Numbered from the stretch's first letter, positions 1 to 11,402 are shown. The stretch: 64,000 bases of DNA from Balanoglossus misakiensis (GCA_040954595.2 CM082597.2:8018343-8082342), one strand, 5' to 3'. The notes: generated from the letters alone by a model not told the origin. Numbers and translations are program-made.

Positions 1-89
1 GTAGATCTGACCTCGTACATACCTCAAACAATTTAAGGTTTCTGGTCAGGAGCTTAGTCATATCTATGTCTGTTTTCTACTACAAAATA

Positions 90-297
90 CTGTAAAACAT
101 GTTATTTTCGCGAGCAATAAATTTACGCGAACTATGCGAGAGCCAAAATAGCATGAAAATAAAAAGTCGCATAACATTTTTTTTAAGATAACGATGCAGT
201 GAATGAAATAAGAGAATGTGAAAATTAATACTCGCGAAACAGTGGCCTCTCTCGATATCGTGAAAATTTCAACTCGCGAAAGTAAACTGTTTTACAG
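90..297. mobile_element. ~208-bp MITE with CTGTAAAAC termini and TA flanks (Tc1/mariner-like non-autonomous family A)
   Basis: ta|ctgtaaaac ... gttttacag|ta; at least six further copies in the window. Confidence 0.85.
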
Positions 298-329
298 TAT
301 GAACCTGATTGTTGTCGTTCCTCTTTCAG

Positions 330-506
330 CCTGATTCCAAGATTACCTGTACAGAATTAGAGTGTCCAGTAACATGTGAGCATGGACTGTACACAGCTTC
401 TGATTGCTGTCCAGACTGTAGTCTGTGTGAATACAATAATATCTTGTATGCTGATGGTGATCGCTTCAACCCTCTTGGTGATGTGTGTAGATCCTGCCTG
501 TGTCTG
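330..506 (+). CDS. VWC exon (PDSKITCTELECPVTCEH...CRSCLCL)
   Basis: tttcag| ... |gtaagt, 177 nt, phase 0-0, Cys spacing of VWC. Confidence 0.85.
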
Positions 507-524
507 GTAAGTTCTCATCACTGC

Positions 525-866
525 ACAAAGTCTCTCTCTAGCTGCCCCTTTCCATTAATGATGTTTGATACAAGACATTGTTTATGTTATTACATGTGGA
601 TATATACATGTAGTGAATCAACTTTCGACCACACACAACTTCCGTCCCGTTTGTAGGATATGAGAGTAAAAACTCGCCCAAAATGGATAAATGGTAGAGA
701 CCAATTATTTATTTCGGCGAGTTTTTCACTCTCGTGTCTACAAACGGGATAGAAATTGTGGGTGGTTGAACGTTGATTCACTATATATCCACATGTAGAA
801 TAACATAAACGGTGTCTTGTATCAAACATAATTAATGGATAAAGGGCTGCGAGAGAGAGACTTTGT
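525..866. mobile_element. Foldback/MITE-like element with ~110-bp inverted arms (second copy at 49779-50123)
   Basis: acaaagtctctctc...tgtttgatacaagaca...catgtggatata is mirrored by tatatccacatg...tgtcttgtatcaaaca...gagagagactttgt. Confidence 0.75.
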
Positions 867-1218
867 CCTTTTAATGAAGAATACATCTTGTGTTAGAGCA
901 CTTTTGGCTTTGAGGGTTATAAGCACACGCAGTGTGTTCATGCCAAGACTTAATTTTTTTTTCGAGTTACCTACACTGTACACATAAGCTGTGGAAAAAT
1001 GCATACAAACTAAAAATCATACGTACAGAGACCTTACAGCCAAAACAAAAATGTTCCACTAATACACGTAGGAGAAACATTGTCTAGTCTACATGCATCA
1101 TGAACATTGGTGCACACATACATTCCTTTACTATTAAAAGTATCAATGGTCAGGGTCAGGGTCAATGGTCGTCCATAATTTCTATAATAATAACCCATTA
1201 AATAATTTGTATTTACAG

Positions 1219-1312
1219 GATGGTACTGTGACTTGTAATTTAACAGTGTGTGAAGCCACAACATGTTCTAATTTTGCAAGTGTACCAGGGCAGTGCTGTC
1301 CTAAATGTCTAG
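1219..1312 (+). CDS. VWC C-terminal half exon (DGTVTCNLTVCEATTCSNFASVPGQCCPKCL)
   Basis: ttacag| ... |gtaagt, 94 nt, phase 0-1; splices in frame to the cbEGF exon at 8304. Confidence 0.85.
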
Positions 1313-1391
1313 GTAAGTGGACAGGTTAGATGAGTCATCACATGCTGTGCTTCCTCCTCTATGAGTCATCACTTGTTGTGATCTCACCTCA

Positions 1392-4300
1392 CACGAGCGT
1401 TCGCCGCCATAAGCGCCTTGACAATCTAATCGATCGCCCATGACCTGCATGACCCCTATTGTCACGCAAAGCACAAAGGGAAAAACGTTAATTGCCACCA
1501 ACGGCAAATATGTCAACTATGTCAACAACAAAGAAGCCACCCCCTTATCCGTCCTGTACACTGTTATATATAATGCTTTGATCCAAAATCTGAACTAATC
1601 AATGCCCAGGATGATAAGGCCAAAGTTCAGGAATGCTTACACAGAAAATTTGAAGAAGATCGAGTGCGGAAGTGCAGAAAATCGTCATTTTCCCACTTTC
1701 TCATTAAATATTCAAATTTTAACAGACTTTATAACGCCGAAAACGATATTTTCCGTGAAGAATAAAATAACCCCTTCAATATCCATGTAAATTTCGCCAC
1801 GTTTACATCGCCGATGTCGATCTGTTTACATATTAACAGCGGTAACTCACTTCCCCGATGCAATCGTTCTGAATGTATGTTCCTACAAATTATAGTAATT
1901 AATCAACAGCTCGGACGATGTACCGAAAAAAACGCGAAATGACAATAATATTGCCCGATTCAGAGTTCTAATTTTGTAGTGCGATATTATTCTACACACT
2001 TTAGTACACGATAGGCAGTCGAAAACACCTTAACTGTGGTTGACAGTTTACATAGGAATATATATACGGTGGATCTGATTAACTTCACACAACTCAAGCT
2101 CATTAATATTCTTGAGATCATTTTAGGTTCCTAAGATTTTTTCCAATATTGGGTTGAAAAACCGTTTAACATCCAAAGAAATTTTAACATATTTTGGTAA
2201 CTTTAATGGGTCAGGTTTGTTTAAAAATATGGAAAAATAAAGTTTTGTCATCTTTCTCAGAAAACTTCGGTGCTGAAGTTGTATATGCTGTTTATGCTGG
2301 GTCGACCGTTCATCTCAAAGTATTTGAATCACTGCAACATAAGCCGTCTATGGTTTGCTCCACTTTTTCTTAGGTCATGGATGACAACTTCAAACATTTG
2401 GGACTTAGACTTCTGACCAGGCTGCATTCATTGCCCATTCACTCCAAAACAAAACAAACAAAAACAATGACAATGTCTAGAACAGACAAAGTAACATTAA
2501 CCAAAATGCAAACAAGAAAATCACACCTCACTGTATTTTAAGTAACAATCACATGCTTTTATTACATACACTTCAGATGCAGAGTGTGTTCAATAAAGTA
2601 CATGTATGTTCCCATACACTAAAAGTCTGTAACAGACTAACAGCTACATAGTGACTTGTCCTATGTCATCTTCTCTATGTGGTCTTGGTCTTAGCAAGAT
2701 CAGGAAGACCTGGGTTACTGAATACATTGTGTGTTTTGACAAGAGGTTCTTGTCGCTTAGCTGTATTTTGTACAGTTGCATACATTCTGTTTAGTTTGTC
2801 AATATAACAGTGGATACTTTCAGTTACTTGTTCAGTTTCCATGCCAACAGTTTGCAAAGTTCTTACTTTGCGTACAACTTCTACAGTCATCACATGGAAT
2901 TTCCTTGATAGGTCTGCATTTGGGAATGCAACAGGAAACCAATTCCCAAAACTTGTGCACCTTATTGCCAAAATTTCAACTTCATGTTTACAAAGTGGTC
3001 TATTTGCCATCATGAGATCATATATCAAACTGAATTTTTGTGAATAGTGTGCAGACTTTGACAGCCATGGCATGGCAGCTAAATACCTTATCACCACTAC
3101 CTGTCTTAAAGAGGGCAGGTTTAAACACACTATAAATCTTTCTGATGTTTTGTTTCAAACAAAGTTTTCGAACATCAGGGCCAGTGAGTGCCCCAGAATG
3201 ATAGACACATCGTTTGAGGTTAAAACTATCAAGGGAGGCATCAAGCTTCTGTTTGAATGGACCAGTTACACATGCCAGTTTTTTATTACATTTTGAAGAC
3301 TATTATCTGTTAATTTGTGTTGTTCTTTAACATGTTTTAGTTGTAACTTGATTAGTTTTTGTTTCTCGAGTAAAGCATTTTCCTTCTGTGTTTTTTCTCT
3401 TCTGGCATCTTTAGCATCACTTGACCTGTCAATTAACTTCCCACCTGACTTTTCATAATAGTTTGCATACTCTTCCTTGACATCATCTATGTGTTTTTGA
3501 ATTTCATGACTTTGTTCTTCAAGCAAATTTAGCTCTTTTTCTGAAGAGAGTAAGTCATCTGACAGTTTTCTCTGACTTTCTAGCAAGGTTTCCATTTCAT
3601 CAGAATGTACACCGTTCTCACTGAAAAATGTCCGATCTAATTCCAGACACATAGATTCAATCAGGTTCAGTATCATCAGCCCAATGCCAAGACACAGATG
3701 AAGAGGTGTCACTGTTAAATTCTCTATAATAAAACCAGTGGTTTGAATCAAAGGAAGTGCGTCAAAATTATAATGATTGTAATCTTTTGCATTAGCTGTA
3801 CTGGTAAAGTTCACTGAATGTCTTTCTAAGTCCTGAAATGTGCTCAGTGCAAATGTTGCTGGAGCGGAATCAGGAAAGAGCGCTTTATATTTATCAAGAA
3901 TGTGATATGCATGGGGTTTACCCTTGCATAAATCAGAGAGGGTACAGTAACAATGAAGACAAAAGTATCTCCCATTTGGACCAGTTATTCCTATCAATCT
4001 TGCAAGCCATTCCCAGTCTCCTCACCAGCTAATTTTACACTGAGTGTAGATAGACGGCGATGCAGAAAGCTGATCATCATCGATATCCATTGTTGCACAT
4101 TCTCTACACCCCAGATATAATGGTCGCGTTTCCTCACTGTCAACTGCCTGTCCTGAACTTTGGGCACATTGTGGGCTGCACTCTTTCACTTTGCTTGTTA
4201 AAAGAATAAAACACAAAATTTGAATAAAGGTTATTTGACAAGTAGAATGTAAACAATCATGGTTATAACAGTAACATGTAAAAAAACCATGTCTGCTGAC

Positions 4301-6570
4301 TACAACAGCTTTTAGGAAACTAATTTTGGTTAGCATCCACCACTGCACATATTACTGTAGTTTCTTTTGAAATATAGAACATTTGTGACAATAATTGCTG
4401 ACAATCTATTAGGCAAGTATGTTTATGGTTTTATATTTTCTTTTGTGTTGATAATTATTTGTATTATCATTTTTTTCCTATTTACACTACATTTATTGTT
4501 AATTGGGTGATGTCAATTTGCTTACCATGTTGCAGCTTACATTACGCACAATTAACACTGACAGTCTGATTATCTTCATTGAAGGGTCGCAGTGGTTTGA
4601 ATCCAGTCCGTGTAGTTCTCGTTGGACGTACACCATCACTTGTTGGCACTAGTAATGAAAACATTTCCAAATTAATATACATTTGCTGTGTTATCATAAA
4701 AATCCGGGTAAATTTTCAAAGTAGTGACTAGTGACATTAAGCAGAAGAAATTACAAATTTACCTTGTGATCCCAGGCTCCTTGTTCTTTTGTCACACTGA
4801 AATGTTTCAGGCAGTTCCAGCTTCATTTCTGCGATTTCTGTCTGCAACTTGCATAAGTCAGCAATGATATCTTTGAACACCATCTCAATATGCTTTCGGG
4901 TATCATGTCCACCCTCAAATAAAACCCAGTAGTTTAGACTGCTTAATAGAATGCTGAGTCTTATTGTTCATGACTTGTAACATCAGTTTTGTAGAGTTGC
5001 CACCTTCGTCACCAGATACACAAAGCCACAGTGTGTCTCTTGATATATTGTCAAAATGTGTCAGCTTTCCATTTGCCTTGAACTCTGCAACCATTTTATG
5101 AAGAAGTTCTTGTACATCTGCAACTCGCACATAAAGGACTGTAATTGGTCCACCTTCCTCTTCACTCTCAAAACTTCCGTATTCATAGCTAAACTCCATC
5201 TCTTCTAGCTCCTGTCTTAACTGCCTCTCTGTTCCTAGCACATCAACACCGAGCTCCATCTTGAATGTATGCTTCAAAAGCTGCCAGGTTGTCATTGGCA
5301 TTATGCTCTTAAAAGCAAGAACTTGTTTCCCTGGAAAATGTTCCTTGTACTGGTATACCGGCTTCTTGTGCTGCCTTGATGTAGATATCTTTGTCTCGGC
5401 TTATTCTTTACGCATGTTGAGCAACTAAATTGCTTTATTAAGTTCTCCACTCTCATTTTTGTTGACACACTGCATTTTTTCAATTTTCTCCATCAGTTGA
5501 CACTTGGCTCTTTTTGTTTTTTCTGTAGCTTCTATCGATGATGTTTCTGTCTGGGGTATTGCAATATACACTTTTGGTCTTCCTCTGGAACTAACAGCTT
5601 TTATGGTTCCATCCAAACTCTTTCTTTCTTTAACTACTGTCATAGTTTTGAAGACTTTTTCTTGTGTTACTGTGAGTGGTTTGGTTGGTGACATGGTCAA
5701 AATATCACTGAGAGATGTTTGTGTTGCTGCCAACTTTTCCTTCAGGTCATTAATTTCCGTGAAGGCATCATTCATTTGAACAGACAGTGCTTTGATCTGA
5801 CTTAAATATTGTTGTGTGTCATTTTGGTGGTTGGGATCAGAAAATTTCGATAATTTGTAAATTTCAAACCATGATGTGGTGTTATCAAAAAAGCCTGCCT
5901 TATGAGATATCAGTGTGGCATACTTCTCTGGAAAATCGTGAATAAATTTCTGACGCCAAATTATAGGATCAGCTCGAAATGTATGCAGAAATGAACATGT
6001 TGATGTGAAATTCACAATATCAGTGACATTTACGTGATGGAGAATACTGACAATGACAACGGGTGGCAGCAATCCACATGCACCTGCCGCAGATAACCAA
6101 CTCCGGTAGTCACAGCTGGAACCCTCGCTGCCTATTTCCTCGCTACTCATCAACGTGGATGAAGAACTCTCCCACCTTGCCAGTTTTATTCTTTGTCCCC
6201 CATACTGCCTTTGTCCTTGACTTCCACCTTTCTGGCCTTTTTTGTCAAGTAAGTGGCTGAAGTCCAACGATCGATCCTCGCAGTACTTTCTGATACTTGC
6301 TTTGCACGTCATGCACAAATAGCCACTCATACCTTCAGCGCGGCTCCGAAACATGCCCCTAAGTGTTTGGCATACGATTTTGAGTTGTCAAAACGAGATG
6401 ATGCTCTCGTGAGGCAGATGCAACAACTTTTTTCGTCGACGATCGCGATCGTTCCCGAAATGACATGAAGGACGCCATATTTAATGACTTTGTGCGCATG
6501 TGCAAACAACAAACAATGCGATTTTTATTTCTCTCCTCCAACCATTAGATTTCCGCATACGACGCTCGTG
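1392..6570 (-). mobile_element. CAC-ended DNA transposon of the RAG1/Transib/Chapaev (CMC-related) lineage, inserted in an intron
   Basis: Inverted ends cacgagcgt (1392) and acgctcgtg (6570), with a second shared block AATCTAAT. Encloses a decayed DDE transposase gene. No clear target-site duplication. Confidence 0.8.
2675..6478 (-). pseudogene. Decayed spliced transposase: FAM60A-like C4 finger + F-box + coiled coil + RAG1-core-like DDE domain; exons ~6478-4763, 4648-4526, ~4197-2675
   Basis: Reassembled across frameshifts and stops: CCICLTRASSRFDNSKSY..CF..SGYLCMTC; LLPPVVIVSIL..DPIIWRQKFIHDFP; LCVSGDEGGNSTK (D1 ~5009); *GDWEWLARLIGITGPNGRYFCLHC (D2 ~4017); TPLHLCLGIG; YHSGALTGPDVRKL; KFHVM..VGMETEQVTESIH (E ~2820). 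Two phase-1 introns; the second acceptor appears mutated AG>AA. Confidence 0.8.
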
Positions 6571-8303
6571 CACTATTTGTAACATCTCAATTTCTATCTT
6601 TGCACCTCACATTCAATGAATAGACCTGTGGATGTTTTGACACTTCTCGTCAATGAAAGTGTATGGTTGCAGTGATCAAATGATACACAAATCAAAGGAA
6701 CAAACAGTGACTTTTCTTTTTTTGAAATGCGCACTCACTTGCCCCAATTGTAAAATAGCAAAATTTAATACATGCAATATTAAATGCATTTATTACTGTA
6801 TTCAAAAATGTTTGAAATTGAATATTGTGCCAAAGAGAAGAGTTGTCAATCCAAATATCTGAGCATTGAATGATTGTTCAGTTTCCTTTACGGTTTGGCC
6901 CACCTCTGTTGAAAGGATGACTTGTGATATAGTGTTTTACATTAAAATATAAATACATATATTTTAAATATTTCATATTTTCAATCTAGAAGTGGGAGCT
7001 GCATCCTGAAATTTTAATTGACTGTCAGAATGAAAGGCAAGCAATTCACGCAAGTTAACTCTAACACAACAACTCTTCAATTAAAAATTGACATCAGACA
7101 ACCACAAAGGCAATATTCAATTAATTTGTATAAATTCAGATGCAGTTACCTGATTTGAAAATTACTGGTAGGCGTAGATTTTGTCAGCGTTTTCCTTCAT
7201 GAGTTACTTTGCGTTTAGTTTGTTCTGTGTAGTAGAATAGAAAAGTGTTCGGTCTGGATTGGTCACAAAGAGAAAGTTATTTTGGCAACTGCTCATCACA
7301 TGAAAGGTCATAGGGTCAAGAAGTCTTATGTGAAGGTCACTGTCAAGGCCAGTTATAAATCCCTTATTTACGTTACCTTGCTTGTCGACCGATAAGCCAG
7401 CAACAACGGAGAAATGTGAAACACCCAAATGCTGTGCCGGAAGTGAGTTCTGGCTACCCAGAAAATGACGTCACTCTGCTACCGATAAGGCCAAAAAATG
7501 AGTTTTGTTTAGCATCTTTCAAAATGTCAAAATTGATGAGGAGACGCGGTTTTTAATTGTTCCGGGAAACTACCAACAAGCTAACATTTTTTGTTTCATG
7601 TTTTAGGTTCATAGGACTGTACAAATTTCATATTTCTCACATGAATTGTGGATTTTCTGTCCCAAACAAGCTGCAGGCGAGTGTGGGACAAAATATCCCT
7701 GACGAGTGTGCGAAATATGATCCCAGGTCCTTGGTGTGTGAGATTATATTTCTCACATGGCAATACATTAGCCCAATTCGTCTTAAAACATCTTGAACTG
7801 TCATCTGGCACATTGTTGTTTCTGTATCACGTCATTGGATAACATTTAGCGCACGTTATTAAATAACGCTTTGTCATCCAATCAGTGCTCGCGTCATATA
7901 CAGCTTTCGATTCAGTGAGAATGTGGGATTGATTTCTCACACTCTGATCCCACACTCTCAGCATGCCAGGAGTGTGAGAATCTATTGAGATCTACGAGTT
8001 TGAAATCTTTGGTGAAGAGTTTATCAATTTCACTGCCAACCCTGTTGGGCATTCTGGGATATGTGTGCATGCCAAAGCACAAACAGCCATGACCTGACAG
8101 CTCAGTTTGTAGATAATTTCTACAAATCCACAAAAAGACTCAAAGTTTAGAAAAGTCGTGTCTGTTAGAAATATTAAAATATCACTGTTAATACTTAATT
8201 TCAAAGCCATGTGAATTTGTTCCCTTTAGGGAAATTGTTAATGGAAGGGAGGATTGGTATTGACTTGAATAATTACAATGGATGTTTTTTTCTCTATTTT
8301 CAG

Positions 8304-8423
8304 ATGTGAATGAGTGTTCAGATTCTGTCTGTGCTGGAGGTTGTCTCAATGCAGAGGGTGGATTCAGCTGTTGTTGTGGTGATGATGGTTTCTCTATGAG
8401 TGCAGATCATGACAATTGTTTAG
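8304..8423 (+). CDS. Calcium-binding EGF exon (DVNECSDSVCAGGCLNAEGGFSCCCGDDGFSMSADHDNCL)
   Basis: ttttcag| ... |gtaagt, 120 nt, phase 1-1, cbEGF consensus. Confidence 0.85.
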
Positions 8424-8863
8424 GTAAGTTTTTATTTGAGTGGGGAGGGGATAGGCCAACAATGGCTTGGAATTTCCTGCCTCAAAAGGGCGCTTACACA
8501 AGTTGTAAGTGACAGACTTTACAGCGAGTCACCATGTAAAAAAATAATAAATACAAGTTATCAGGCACTTTCCAAAGTTACACATTTAAAAAAATTGAGT
8601 TTGTTGTCTCGTGTGTGATATTTTTGGCTTGCAGAACACTAGCTTGTAAAATGTAATGTGGTTACTACATTGTTTGTTCATCAGTATACAGTACTGGTAC
8701 AGATAAACATATGATATGACCAAGTTATATGCCAGATGACATTTATTAAGTTTCTTTCAATTTTTTTCTCTTGTCGTATATTTTCAAATGTGCACTCAAG
8801 GACAACTGTAATTCAGATGTATTCATTCAAACACAATTTATGATATTTGTGTTTTCCCCACAG

Positions 8864-8973
8864 ATGACAATGAGTGTGATCAAGCTGGTTGGTCGCCATG
8901 CCAACAAGTATGTTACAACACACCAGCCCGTTACCAGTGTGGTTGCAGACCAGGATTCAACATACACGTGTTG
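8864..8973 (+). CDS. Calcium-binding EGF exon, 3' end apparently damaged (DDNECDQAGWSPCQQVCYNTPARYQCGCRPGF...)
   Basis: cacag| ... |gtgagt, 110 nt (not phase 1-1). The final 'YTC' lies in a shifted frame. Confidence 0.7.
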
Positions 8974-9114
8974 GTGAGTATCTACAATTTGGAGAGAAAG
9001 TAAGATGTATGTGTTTGTACAATGTAAGTGTCTAATACATGGATATGTGACACTGAAATCATACATTGTACTGTCATTGGTAAATGTCTGCTATTCATGG
9101 CACAAATTAACATA

Positions 9115-9266
9115 CAGTCAAACCTCTGTGAGTGGCCACCTCTATATAGTGGCCACATTATTCTAGTCCCTGTGTAATTTATATCTACATTAATTGACTT
9201 TTTTACCAGGTATAATGGCCAGTTTAGGAAAGTCCCTTCACTAGCCACAATAGACAGGTTTGACTG
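9115..9266. mobile_element. pogo/Tigger-like MITE (CAGTCAAACC termini); relatives at ~9750-9957 and 61030-61114
   Basis: ta|cagtcaaacct ... aggtttgactg. Confidence 0.65.
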
Positions 9267-10807
9267 CACTTGTGTTGATTTCTGTCTGTTACACATGTAA
9301 CAGAACACTTCATGAATTATGACATTATACACTTTTTCATAAAGAGGGCACATTTCCAAAATAAGGTGTCATCTCCAAGCAGACAATGTGAAAAGGGAGG
9401 CCAGTAGGTTACAGAGTACTGCTCGAGCTCATCTAGTTTGTTGTATACATGATACAAGTTGAGTGTAAAACTGACCTTACAATAAAATGTGGCTGTCGAA
9501 AGTCAGTCCCAACTATAGTGTTGATACACAAGACAATCAAGTTTTTACTCTGGTCTCGTGTTCGCGTCTTGGAAGGGTAACATGACTGCATAGCAATGTT
9601 TTATTACAATTTGATACATAGAGAAATGGACTACAGTGACAGTATTGACTCTGGTAACTATGTAAATGATTCCCAGCCTCAAAATTCTGACTGTCTACAA
9701 TTATATTTTTTTGCATTTTTGTTGTGTATATCAACTGCACTTTCAAGTACAGTCAAACCCGTCTAACACCAAAGGGACTGAAGAAATTATTCAGATTGCA
9801 GGTGTCCAATTTAAATTTTCTCTCCTGTCACAAAAATTGCATGGGAGTTCTAATTCTAAAAGGAGAACTGATTTGATAAAAGATCTGAAAGTCAAGTTTT
9901 GGATGTGGCTCCAGTTCAAGTATTGAAGGTGACTAGTTTTTCCGGAGTTCAATTCTGTATACTTGCAGTATAGTTGGTCACAGGGACTTGGGTAATCTGA
10001 GTATGGTCAGAAATTCAACTTACACACATTGAGTTGAGTTAAGAACATGTCTGGTGTATTACTGTAATATGACTAGATACTGCAAATGCATTAACTATAA
10101 GCGTATGTTAAAATATGCAGTTTTCATCGGCATATCTGATTCATGAAATTAAATACACATGTTCATTAAAACCCTCTATGATAGAGCACCCTCACTGTTC
10201 AGAATATCAATTTTGAAGTCCTACATCTATGATGTCATGCCTAGCTGTCAATGTTAACTGATGTGTACTTGTACTACTAGTAAATGGAAGTACTTTAAAG
10301 TGAAGCTCAGATGCAAGGGTTTCTAAAATAAATATAATATTAAAACGTTGCAATCATTTTAGTAATTTGGAACAGCGGTCCAATTGACTAATGTGATCAC
10401 TCTGTGTGCGGTATATGGGATATTAAGCATTTAGTATTTTTTCAATCAGAAGCCGTTAATCCTGTGATTAATTCTGCTTCTTGCAACATTGATTTTAAAT
10501 CGCCGCACATGAATATTTTTGTCCAAAGGACTGCGGTGCCCAAGTTTTTATGATGAGATAAACAAACAGTGAAATTCACTAAAGAAGTGAGCGAGCACTT
10601 GCCCATTCATTGTTCAATGAAAGGTGACCACCAAAACAAAATTATTGAGGAAATAACCCGAAGTTGGAGTTACTGAGCTTTAAATTGATTTCAATAGTCT
10701 CACAAGTGAAAAGCTTGGATTGGCTGAGGCTCCTGTAGTCTTGTTACCTGTAGGTAGACACATTACAATGTTTGACTGTTTACACTTTTCTTTGTTTGAT
10801 CTTTCAG

Positions 10808-11048
10808 AGGAATATTCAAGCACTGCAGAAGAATCTAGAGATGGCACAGAAAAATTGAAATTGAATTGAAACAACAGCAAGATCAACATGCAAGACAAAG
10901 TCAACTCATAGCACTAAGACAACAACATCAACAACAACAGCAATTACAAAGGTTACAACAATAGAGAGCCCAACAACAACAACAAGCAGTGCCAGCACAG
11001 CCATCCAATGTAAAATCAACACATCAACAACTAAGACACCTCTTACAA
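10808..11048 (+). pseudogene. Orphan Gln-rich exon ending in an LxxLL motif (RNIQALQKNLEMAQ...STHQQLRHLLQ), frameshift plus stop
   Basis: ctttcag| ... |gtaagt; CAA/CAG-rich frame with an internal TAG. Confidence 0.6.
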
Positions 11049-11402
11049 GTAAGTTGTCACAATAATGTGAACAGTGAATATTTTGAAAACCAAGACTGAA
11101 ACCCGTGTCACTCCTGGGAATTGTTAAGTGGGGAAAAATGAAATCATTTTTCTCAAAAAAGGAGCTTTCTTGATGTTACAAATAACATGGTCTGTTCCAT
11201 TCCCAAACTTATTTTAATGTATTGGGGACCTGACAGTCACGCAGAATAAACTCAATGCACTGTTTGCTCAAAGCAGACCTAAATTAGACAGAGGAATACA
11301 ACAAATCTTGTCTCAGTCTTATTTTTGACTCTTCTAGTTGTTCCATGGTACCAGTGTGGAAGCACTGATGATAACCTCTGGCAGACAGTTAGTGAGTTTT
11401 AA

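Larger units (their letters stand above)
1..2759 (+). repeat. Left arm of large inverted duplication (reverse complement of 47260-50647); probably extends beyond the window start
   Basis: Base 1 'gtagatctgacctcgtac' is the reverse complement of the sequence ending at 50647. Collinear match continues to 'gtcgctta' (2759) = 'taagcgac' (47260), with scattered substitutions and one MITE indel. Confidence 0.95.
330..8973 (+). pseudogene. Kielin/chordin-like (VWC + cbEGF) gene, left copy; exons 330-506, 1219-1312, 8304-8423, 8864-8973; probably degenerate
   Basis: Canonical AG/GT sites with compatible phases. Encodes VWC motifs (CCPDC, CCPKC) then cbEGF (DVNEC, DDNEC). The last exon lacks the sixth EGF Cys in frame. 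Confidence 0.7.

Noticed and set aside
1437-2674. RAG2-like partner gene tail-to-tail with the transposase
   Set aside because: Only a 62-codon ORF without kelch or PHD features; the region looks non-coding.
2675-6478. Zisupton/KDZ assignment because of the F-box, or a bona fide RAG1 gene call
   Set aside because: It lacks recognisable KDZ motifs and SWIM/SAP/Ulp1 domains. It also lacks the RAG1 RING and has GDxGG rather than CDGMG, so only lineage-level similarity is supported.
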